DNA from: Octopus bimaculoides
Lineage: Eukaryota
Direction of reading: 5' to 3'
DNA: 64,000 bases
NCBI RefSeq assembly: GCF_001194135.2
Contig: NC_068982.1
Location: 121,485,844-121,549,843 of the forward strand
A model generated the notes under the pieces. It saw only the letters and a program-made list of their open reading frames with translations, made no database searches and was not told the origin of the DNA. Of this stretch, positions 53,412 to 64,000 are shown piece after piece. Both the position numbers and the translations under genes were made by a program. Every line of letters starts with the position of its first letter. Within the stretch, counting starts at the first letter, position 1.

Positions 53412-53906
53412 ATCGACCGCACATAATGTATGTGATTTGTTTGTTCGTTGCGCTATTGCGCTTGCGGGACAACCCCCTCATAACGCTGGGTGTTAAAACA
53501 CTTGCAAGTCATAGACAGGCGAGACAACTCGCCTCCGATCGAATTCAGGAGTGAAGGATATCGACATTTCGCTATTTTTGTGACTTATCAATATCACGTA
53601 CCCGAATCGAACCTGGGACGATTCGAATCGCCACTCTATGGCCATATATAAGTCATTGAATTTTGTGTGCATCACCGTAGTATACCAGCAAATAGCTCAT
53701 CCCCGTTTTGATTCGCATACGTGATATTGGTAAGCCATAAAAATGGTGAAACATCGATATCCATCACTCCTGAATTCGATCGGTGGCGAGTTGTCTCGCC
53801 TGTCTATGACTTTTAAGTGTTTTAACATCCAACATTATGAGGGGTTCGTCTCTTAAGCACAATAGTGCAGTGAATAAACAAAGCACGTACATTGTATGCG
53901 GTCGAT
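53412..53906. mobile_element. Foldback/MITE-like element, inverted arms of about 197 bp with a spacer of about 100 bp
   Basis: 53412-53608 is the reverse complement of 53710-53906 (e.g. gtcatagacaggcgagacaactcgcc / ggcgagttgtctcgcctgtctatgac). Confidence 0.8.
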
Positions 53907-53948
53907 AATGTTTGCAGCACTAGCGCTGCTTTTAATTCGTTATTGAAC

Positions 53949-53987
<39 letters not shown>

Positions 53988-54292
53988 CACGCGCGCGCGC
54001 ATGTATAGTTTACAGATGAGATCCAGAGATTCTCAGTATAGAAGACACTTAGTAGTATTCAAAAAATTCAAACTAGATTCTGATGTCTTTACAAGGGATC
54101 ATTATACAAGGTAAGGAATAGCTAGCTATTAGAGGGATCAAGTCGAGCGGGTATAGAAGCAATTATGCGGATAAACAAATTAGATACATCAAATATGTTA
54201 AATGCATCAACTACAAAGTATGTATGCATGCATGTATGTATGTATATATGTATGTATGTATATATATGTATGTATGTATATATGTATGCATG

Positions 54293-54323
<31 letters not shown>

Positions 54324-54424
54324 GTATGTATGTATGTATGTATGTATACATGCAAAACTAGAGAGAGTAAAAGGTGGAAACTTTCAGCTGATGAATGTTT
54401 TAAGTATATATATATATAGGCGAA

Positions 54425-54820
54425 TGGGGTGGCTGTGTGGTAAGTAGCTTGCTTACGAACCGCATGGTTTCGGGTTCAGTCCCACTGCGTGGCACCTTGG
54501 GTAAGTGTCTTCTACTATAGCCTCGGGCCGACCAAAGCCTTGTGAGTGGATTTGGTAGACGGAAACTGAAAGAAGCTCGTCGTATATATGTATATATATA
54601 TATGTATGTGTGTGTGTTTGTGTGTCTGTGTTTGTCCCCCTAGCATTGCTTGACAACCGATGCTGGTGTGTTTATGTCCCCGTAACTTAGCGGTTCGGCA
54701 AAAGAAACCGATAGAATAAGTACTAGGCTTACAAAGAATAAGTCCTGGGGTCGATTTGCTCGACTAAAGGCGGTGCTCCAGCATGGCCACAGTGAAATGA
54801 CTGAAACAAGTAAAAGAGTA
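54425..54820 (+). mobile_element. SINE family A, young (CpG-retaining) copy
   Basis: Full head-to-tail match with CpGs intact. Confidence 0.85.
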
Positions 54821-54833
54821 AACGACATTTGCA

Positions 54834-55192
54834 TTAATAGGTTCAACTTACACAGAGTACAAACGATAGAGAAAATTATAGGGGTGGGAGAAATGTGTTG
54901 TAAGTCCAACAGCTGTTTCTGGGATCTCGGCGATCCATAATAATGTCGGTAGATTTAGCTCTTCATATGCATATGGATGCAATTAACATTGGATGAGACG
55001 AGCCTCCGTCATCAGGGTAGAGAAGATCTTACATTTCAGATCTTAAAATTATCTTAATGACGAGGAACTAAATTTACCAACATTATTACGGATGACCGAA
55101 TTCCCAGAAACAGCTGTTGGACTTATAACATCTTTTTCCCACCCCTTTAATTTTCCCTGTCTTTTGTACTCTGTGTAAGTTGGACCTATTAA
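54834..55192. mobile_element. MITE-like element, inverted arms of about 130 bp with ATTAAT at both ends
   Basis: taataggttcaacttacacagagtacaaa / tttgtactctgtgtaagttggacctatta. Confidence 0.75.
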
Positions 55193-55540
55193 TATAAATA
55201 TCTATATTTTCTTACTTAAAAAAATTCATCATCTAAAAGTTTCTACCTTTTGCTTTCTCTTGTTTTGCATGTACACACACACACACACACACATATATAT
55301 TGTATTTGATGTGCTTAATATATTTAATATATTTGNNNNNNNNNNNNNNNNNNNNNNNNNNNNNNNNNNNNNNNNNNNNNNNNNNNNNNNNNNNNNNNNN
55401 NNNNNNNNNNNNNNNNNNNNNNNNNNNNNNNNNNNNNNNCGTACTTATGTATGTTTGTATGTGTATATGAAGTAGGCACTTATTCTAGCGAGGAACATTT
55501 TACCCTGTTCTGCCATATTTATTATTATTATTATTACTAC

Positions 55541-55613
<73 letters not shown>

Positions 55614-56375
55614 CCCAACTACTTTTTTTAGTTAACTCATAAAATTTTTCCTTTTGAAATTTGAACATTAGGGTTTTAGAATCTTCAACAAAAATTTCCT
55701 TCTTATGAAATCATAGAAAGTGTACTTTAAAACTATAAAACAATAGGGAATCATTTACAATATTTTATAAATATATTTATACATTAATTACATTAAAAAG
55801 GATACAAATTACAAGCTATATTAGTTTTCATAATAATGAACCTAATGAGTATTGAATAATGAAAAGATTTGTTTTGTACTGTTCTATTTTGCGGAAATTG
55901 AAAATGCTGTTGTTTATATCTATTAAGGATGAAAATGTAATTACAAATGCAAGCATAATATATTTATTTATACACTTCAAGCGCGAGCGAAATATTTTTA
56001 TGCGCAAAAAAAAAAAAATATATATAGTCGTAAACGCACAACATATTAAGTAAAAATAGAAGCAGCTGCAAATCCCTTAACCTTAACAATTTTCTTATTT
56101 AACAACAGCATAAATGAATAAACAAATAAATAAATAGATAAAGAAGTTAATAGAAAAAGATAAGGGAGAGAAGGAAAATTGCAAATTCTGAATCTTTAAT
56201 ATTCAAAATTTAGATATCAAGTGACCTGTTTCTACAAAAAAATAATGTTCAGAAGTTATTGGGTTGGGTTAAAATACACGCGTAAATGAATAAAAAATGG
56301 TAGAGAGAGAGAGAGAGAGAAAGAGAGAGAAAGGCGGGAAGGAGAGAAAGAAAAAGGAAAGATAGATAGATAAAT

Positions 56376-56409
<34 letters not shown>

Positions 56410-56686
56410 GGAGAGTAACACAAACACAGAGACACGGACACACACTTGCACACTTACATAAGCTACTAGATACGAAGCTGTAGCAAGAATATTTCACTAT
56501 AACCACGGCGGCAGTCCGTATCAACCAATATTCAATATTGGAACTCTTGCATTCTGTTAAATCCCACAGTAAGTGGAAATGGAATCAACATTTCTATTAC
56601 TCTTCATTGCATCAGCATTTTATGCAAAATAATTTTTAGTGTCTATGTATGTATGTATGTCTGTGTGCGTGAATGTGTACATATGC

Positions 56687-56744
<58 letters not shown>

Positions 56745-57346
56745 GCNNNNNNNNNNNNNNNNNNNNNNNNNNNNNNNNNNNNNNNNNNNNNNNNNNNNNN
56801 NNNNNNNNNNNNNNNNNNNNNNNNNNNNNNNNNNNNNNNNNNNNNNNNNNNNNNNNNNNNNNNNNNNNNNNNNNNNNNNNNNNNNNNNNNNNNNNNNNNN
56901 NNNNNNNNNNNNNNNNNNNNNNNNNNNNNNNNNNNNNNNNNNNNNNNNNNNNNNNNNNNNNNNNNNNNNNNNNNNNNNNNNNNNNNNNNNNNNNNNNNNN
57001 NNNNNNNNNNNNNNNNNNNNNNNNNNNNNNNNNNNNNNNNNNNNNNNNNNNNNNNNNNNNNNNNNNNNNNNNNNNNNNNNNNNNNNNNNNNNNNNNNNNN
57101 NNNNNNNNNNNNNNNNNNNNNNNNNNNNNNNNNNNNNNNNNNNNNNNNNNNNNNNNNNNNNNNNNNNNNNNNNNNNNNNNNNNNNNNNNNNNNNNNNNNN
57201 NNNNNNNNNNNNNNNNNATATATACATACATGTATTTACATATCTATATATTGCGTGTGCGTGTGTGTGCACGCGTGTCTATGAATGTACATACGTGTGT
57301 GAACATATATATAATATAATATATATGTATGTATGTGTATATATAT

Positions 57347-57392
<46 letters not shown>

Positions 57393-57674
57393 ACACACAC
57401 ACACACACACTCACTCACATATACATGAACAACATAGTCAAGTACAGATACATTAAATACCATGCGACATAAATTCATGATTTATTTAAAATATTTCTGT
57501 CTCTAGAGGATGTCACAATTGCCAAATGGTGATTGAAATCAACCCCGTATTTGAAATGGAGATAACATCATGAATCAAGAATTTTCTAAATTTAACAATC
57601 CATTAAGGAAAAAGACTGGCTTATATTTATTAGAGAAAAAGGCTGTCGTGGACACGTGTTTCCGCTGCAATAGA

Positions 57675-57900
57675 CATCATCAGTAACGCATTTGATGGTG
57701 TCAACAAAAGGTCCATGTTACACATCCTGTCGGACTATTGTATCCCAAATAAGACTGCCAAAGCCACCAACGTCATTTATAAAAAAAAAATCATCAAACA
57801 TTATGCAAAGCATAGACGGTCCCACTAAAGTGTTTTCAGCGTTTGTAGGAATCGTTTAGGGAGACACCCTAGACCCTTTTCTCTTGGTGATTTTAGTGAG
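57675..57900 (+). mobile_element. Decayed LINE reverse-transcriptase fragment
   Basis: Translates as ISNAFDGVNKRSMLHILSDYCIPNK...GDTLDPFLLVIL, which resembles the KAFD and QGDTLSP motifs. Confidence 0.6.
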
Positions 57901-57993
57901 TTACATACCTAGGAAAAATCTTGGCACTAACAAAGACTAAAGCTTCGCTATCAAGCAGAAGCAATCCTGATGCTAGAAGAGCGTAGTTCGGCA

Positions 57994-58038
<45 letters not shown>

Positions 58039-58186
58039 ATATTCGGTGGAACTAAGTCTTGCCTGATGATCACAACGGTGTAAAACTCATGTCGCGAGAC
58101 AAACTCAGTATTAATAAAAAGATATGATTCCTCTCCGACATGTATTGAACACTTTTCTCCCATTCGTCCGACATTAAACAACGTAC

Positions 58187-58242
<56 letters not shown>

Positions 58243-58329
58243 CATATAATATAATGATAATATGATATAATATAATAATACATAATATGTCCCCATACAC
58301 ACATGCACGTACAATATATACATAGGTAG

Positions 58330-58740
58330 GGCGGCGAGCTGGCAGAATCGTTAGCACGCCGGGCGAAATGCTTAGCGGTATTTCGTCTGCCGTTACATTC
58401 TGAGTTCAAATTCCGCCGAGGTCGACTTTGCCTTTCATCCTTTCGGGGTCGATAAATTAAGTACCAGTTACGCACTGGGGTCGATGTAATCGACTTAATC
58501 CGTTCGTCTGTTCTTGTTTGTTCCCTCTATGTTTAGCCCCTTGTGGTCAATAACGAAATAGGTATTTCGTCTAGCGTTACGTTCTGAGCTCAAACTCCGC
58601 CGAGGTCGACTTTGCCTTTCATCCTTTCGGAGTCGATTAAATAAGTACCAGTTACGCACTGGGGTCAAAGTAATCGTCTGAAATCCTTTGTCCTTGTTTG
58701 TCCCCTCTATGTTTAGTCCCCTGTGGGCAATAAAGAAATA
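58330..58740 (+). mobile_element. tRNA-headed SINE family B (Deu/Nin-type core), with an internal tandem duplication of about 185 bp
   Basis: ggcggcgagctggcagaatcg...gagttcaaattccgccgaggtcgactttgcctttcatcctttcggggtcg. The core occurs at about 58400 and again at 58585. The family assignment is from recall. Confidence 0.75.
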
Positions 58741-58837
58741 AATATATACATAGGTAGAAAGACATGTAAATATATTTTAACATATTTCAATGTTAGGTGA
58801 AAAATCATAGAGGTTGCAATAAACTGGGTATATATAC

Positions 58838-58925
58838 CTGAGACATGATGTCCAGTGGGGTAGAATATGTTGGGCAATGTTAATATGGGGTACATTTCTC
58901 ACAAGTACCCCGACCAAAAACATAC
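58838..58925 (-). CDS. SLC9B2-like: SLC9B/NHA-like antiporter, most 5' exon found (G-MFLVGVLVRNVPHINIAQHILPHWTSCL-R)
   Basis: Acceptor ttttgcctgtag, donor AG|gtatat, 88 nt, phase 1 to 2. Aligns with human NHA2 GMLLAGFLIRNIPVINDNVQIKHKWSSSLR (recalled sequence). Confidence 0.9.
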
Positions 58926-59288
58926 CTACAGGCAAAAGAAAGAATTACATCATTACCATATACTACGACATAGATAACTGGTTTATATCGTGTGGTGTGT
59001 TTATATGTGAGTGGGTATGTTTCTGTACTTGTGTTCTCATATATGTGTGTGCCTGTGTATGCGTGCGTGTGTGTGTATGCATGCGTGCGTGTGTGTATTC
59101 CTGTGTAACTGTGAATGTATGTCTGTATGTATCCCATTTCTGCGAGATGTTTCTGTGTAACTGTGTATATTCTTATATGCGCGTACTTGCATGTATGAGT
59201 GTGTATGTATGTGCGCGCGCACGCATGTGTGTGTGTGTGTGTGTGTGCACGTCTGTGTGTGTGTGTGTGTGCGCGCACATCAGTGTGT

Positions 59289-59326
<38 letters not shown>

Positions 59327-59964
59327 CTATAAGACACCCAATCAAGCAACTAGAGAAGAGGAATAGTTGAAGGACTTCAAAAGAAAAAAAAAAAAAAATG
59401 AAAATATGACTGTTTATGGCAGTGTTTGTCTCTTTATCATGTCTCTTATTTTATCTCATCTCCCACCTTCCTATCTGTCTTTATCTTACTCTATTATCAC
59501 TGTAAACTGCTGGCACTTATTTGTCTAACAAAGAAAGTCAACAAACACCCCCCCCCACACACACACACTAAATAAATAAATAAATACATAAATAAAACAG
59601 ACTATCGCACAATGCAATACCAAGTATGATAATAATTCTGAGATTTGAGTGTTTATCCAATATCAAACAAAAGAAAGCACAGAATAAGTAGGAGTAGCCA
59701 GCAGGAACTCGCAAATATAAAACAAGGTAACAAATACTCACTAAAACATAAACTAAGACAAATCATTAAAAAAAAGAACGGAAGTACTGCTGATGTCTTC
59801 CGCTAAGTGCTTGGCTCCAAACAATGATCTTTTGCCTCACGAAGCTGCACGGCAGTCAAAAGAACGAAGAACCATCAGATAACAACCAACACTCGAAAAG
59901 GCAAAGACAGCACATCCACAACGATGCAACCTTTGTTTTGTATGTATGTATGTATGTATGTATG

Positions 59965-60022
<58 letters not shown>

Positions 60023-62309
60023 CACACACACATGCTACTACACACATGCTACCACACACATGCTACCACACATATGCACACACATCTCATATAAGTATGT
60101 AAGTATGTATGTATGTATGTATATTATCAACCTACAAATCTCTCTTTGAAATTCACTAAATTCAGCCACTACTACACTTATATTACGAACTCGATACGAA
60201 GAACATACGGCGGCTATAAAAACACCAACAACAACACTCTACACACCATACTTGTTTCTTTTGGGATCGAACACGAGATGCTATGATACACATGTCCATA
60301 CACACACACGCATGCGCACGTACACACGTGCACACACATTAGGATATCTAATGTATGCACGTATACCCACGATATAACATGACTGCATTACACGCATATA
60401 AAGGGCTATATTATTAATGTGCCATTTAAGAGTGTGTCATTTAAGGTAAATTCAATTCTTATATCTAGCAAGTCGAGCAACCATGTAGATATTCCCTTGT
60501 AGTCTCGTACGAAGCTTATATGAGGACCAAGAAGAAATAAATCAGTATTTTCAAGAATGTCATTCTTAGGAATTGAAATACTCAGTTTTTTAGCGATATG
60601 ACATTCTTGATGAAAACAAAAATGGTCATAAGAGTGGGAAAAGGGCTAAGCTGCCTTAGGAACTTTTGAACCCAGAACCCAGAGTAACAGTTATTCACTG
60701 GGACAGGAACCGTCATAAGTGATTAATTTATATTTATAAATGAGATTGTGTGGTATTCTTGCATTTCTTAGGAATATCAGTGCTGAAAGTGAATCGAAGT
60801 CGCTTCTGATCGAAAGCAAAACTACATCACAGTCTAGTCTTGTCGGCTTTTAGCTCTTGGGCACCAAATTTAGATACTTGTTTTACGAAGTACTAAAGCC
60901 TTATATTTTGGAACAGCTCAATAAATCGATCCCATTATTCTCTAGAATTATATTTTATCGACACCGGAAGGATGAAAAGCAAAGTCGACTCCCCAGCGGG
61001 ATTTGTATTGAGTGAACATTTTAAGGAACTTAACTATATAGCGCATGGCCTTTTATCTGTGGATTTTGCTCTCCATCATTCTCCATTGATATAACAGGAA
61101 TAATTTCTTTTGTTAGTAGAAGACCATAAGTTTTGTAAAGAAGAAATGGTCAATTCTATTGAACAAGTACACAAGTGGCACTGCTTGTTTTATCGACCTT
61201 GCATAAATGAAAGACTAATCCGTCCCTAACAGGACTTGAACTCAGGATGTTGGTAGATGAAGCCAAATCCTCTAAATCATTTAGTTCAGCACACTATCAA
61301 TGGTGTGTTTCCATATCTCTTTCTCTACTATTTTCATTTGTTCAGGAGATACATTCTGTGATATTGTTATATTTCGGGACGGTCACTTTTTTTTTTTGCC
61401 AAATAAATACACGCACTATATATTCGTTCTTCACTTCAGCTTTATTATTGTTTTTATTTTAGTGTCTAAAATAAGAACAATAATAAAGCTGAACTGGCAA
61501 AAAAAAAAAATTATCATCCCTAAATATAACAATATCTGTTTCAACATACGATTTCACATGAAGAATCTTGCAAAATCCTATGATATCTGTCTTTTCATGA
61601 GCTTCAATAAATTCACTGAACTGAATTTGTATTCAACTAGGAAACAAAACTATGTCACAGACTCACATAGGGCTTACATCAATCCAACAGCACTTAAAAC
61701 AGATGAGGATTAGATTCATATGCAGCAAACCCCACATCATATTGAGTGATATCTGCAAGTAATGAGATTTGTATTTGATTTATACAAAATTCAACACTGC
61801 TATGATTCTGGGAAGATTAGGATAACGCTCTTCTGAAATAAGAATAAGGACAACTAAAAAATGACGTTTCCACGAAGGAAACAGCAGGAAGTGAAAGTTA
61901 TAGTCGTATTTAACTGTGATCGGAAATATTACGTCAACGATATTCTTGTTCTATGCAAATTAGCATTTTTTTTTGGGGGGGGGGGCAAAGCACATATAAA
62001 TTGACGGAATTACAGATTGAGGTTGGGGAATCATATTTTGCTGGGAAACGATTTAGTATTAAATTCTATTTAAGCAGTTTCTTCTTTAAACATGAAGAAA
62101 AAAAATTTCCCAGAGGTTTGTCAGTTTTAGAACAGAACTACAATATTTGGTGTTCTATGAGATTAACTGTTGAAGAATTAACGGAAGATAAGAAGCTGGG
62201 GCGGAGCAACAGTAACAAACAAAACTATAACGACATATAGAAGTTGCTACAGAAATATCAGCATTATATTCAGTAACAAAGAGACGACGACGACGGTGAC
62301 GGCTGCGGC

Positions 62310-62432
62310 GAAGAAGAAGAAGAAGAAGAAGAAGAAGAAGAAGAAGAAGAAGAAGAAGAAGAAGAAGAAGAAGAAGAAGAAGAAGAAGAAGAAGAAGAAG
62401 AAGAAGAAGAAGAAGAAGAAGAAGAAGAAGAA
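62310..62432. repeat. (GAA)n microsatellite. Other long ones: (AG)n 39006-39102, (TAT)n 55520-55610, (TATG)n 34030-34270
   Basis: Direct inspection. Confidence 0.95.
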
Positions 62433-63463
62433 ATCAACACATTGAACAAGAAAAAATGCAATAGGAACAACACAAAATAGAACTACAACAACAGCTCCAA
62501 TAAAAATTGGTATATCAGATATTATCTATCAGTTATTAATAAATGGCTGGGGGCAGAACGAAACGGAGCACGTATCATTTTCTTTATATTTTATTTCCAA
62601 GAAATCAGAAAAAAACCCAGAAATGCTGAAGTATTATGACAATGAACAATCACTGTTTCAGAAATATTATATCAATCGTCTCTGATTGGCCTGACTGACT
62701 CAAGCAAAGGCAATCTGATTGGTTACCAATATGGAAGCAGCTGATTAGTAACTATTTTAACATGCTATATATTTTACATTATTTCTTGTACTTTTATATG
62801 CATTATTTTTTTTTATTTTAGTAGGATAAGAAATGTGGGAGATGGAAGAGTATGCTTAAAAAAAAATTTCCAACTAGGTTGGCGTATTTAGTTATATAAG
62901 AAAATAGGATCAATTGTTGATTAAGGATCATCCAAAGCAGATTGTGCTTTAAAAATGGACAGAAAATTAGATTTGATTAGAGGAAAAGAAGTTTCTTTGA
63001 AATCTGTCAGATGTAAAGATAATATATATATTTTACCCCTTTTTATTCCTTGAAAAGAGCCTAATTTTCTGTGATATGGAGTCATGGTAGGACTCTTTTG
63101 TCTGGAGGTTATTTTCTTGTAGCTTCAAACATAAATACTTTATCCATTCTCTTTCACAAACGTTTCTTTTTTTTTGTCTGGTTGTTTTCTTGCATGTTTT
63201 TTTTTTGCTCTCTTTTCCTCGTTCACTTATCCAATCTCCCTTTCATTCTCTCAGTCTCTCTCTTTATCTAGATGTTTCTCCTTTTATTAACATCTTTTCT
63301 TTTATATTTGACTTCAAAGTCAAATTTTATTTTTTACCAATAATAGTTACTGAACTACGTTGCAAGTATAGCATATGAAGGAAAAAATTATAGCATACAT
63401 ACATACATACATACATACATACATACATACATGTAAATGCATATTCATGTATACATACATATA

Positions 63464-63499
<36 letters not shown>

Positions 63500-63893
63500 T
63501 AGATAGATAGATATAGATATATATATAGATAGATATAGATATATAGATAGATATAGATATATAGATAGATAGACATATATATANNNNNNNNNNNNNNNNN
63601 NNNNNNNNNNNNNNNNNNNNNNNNNNNNNNNNNNNNNNNNNNNNNNNNNNNNNNNNNNNNNNNNNNNNNNNNNNNNNNNNNNNNNNNNNNNNNNNNNNNN
63701 NNNNNNNNNNNNNNNNNNNNNNNNNNNNNNNNNNNNNNNNNNNNNNNNNNNNNNNNNNNNNNNNNNNNNNNNNNNNNNNNNNNATATATATATATATATG
63801 CAGAGAAGGAGGGAAAAAGAGAGAGAACATATGGAAACGGGCACTGTATATTAATATATATGTATACGTGTGTGTGTGTGTATGTGTATGTAT

Positions 63894-63962
<69 letters not shown>

Positions 63963-64000
63963 ACCGAAAGGCCATGCATTTATATAAAAAGAAAATTACC

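Noticed and set aside
56457-56554. Possible hydrophobic exon (WLIRTAAVVIVKYSCYSF) with a gtaagt donor
   Set aside because: It lies between two exons that already join in frame, and it resembles only weakly an N-terminal segment that should be upstream of 58925.
59620-59765. Hydrophobic open frame ending ILG|gtatt as a candidate upstream NHA exon
   Set aside because: It lacks the PGG and LPPLL motifs and a clear acceptor. The N-terminal exons are left unassigned.
60416-60640. Stop-free minus-strand frame of about 75 codons
   Set aside because: No start codon and no recognisable motif; the length is attainable by chance.

Overview
AT-rich, microsatellite- and SINE-dense eukaryotic DNA with several N gaps. 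The repeat families look like those of coleoid cephalopods (Octopus; inference). By hand I assembled one protein-coding gene on the minus strand: 9 GT-AG exons from 58925 to 15610, all phase-compatible, giving 415 aa with the 5' end missing. It is a divergent SLC9B/NHA (CPA2) cation/proton antiporter homologue. The two ion-binding aspartates of the family (DD motif) are both replaced by asparagine (NN) while the frame stays intact. The last intron holds two unrelated short Penelope/retrozyme-like repeats with the same tandem-plus-inverted layout, each carrying a type I hammerhead ribozyme motif on the pre-mRNA sense strand. Other elements: a decayed DD37D (maT) Tc1/mariner transposase, a 5'-truncated RTE LINE with a PHD-like Cys/His insert, R4/Dong-like LINE 3' ends sitting in (TAA)n arrays, at least three tRNA-headed SINE families, two foldback/MITE elements and degenerate minisatellites. 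Most ORFs in the supplied track are microsatellite or gap artefacts.
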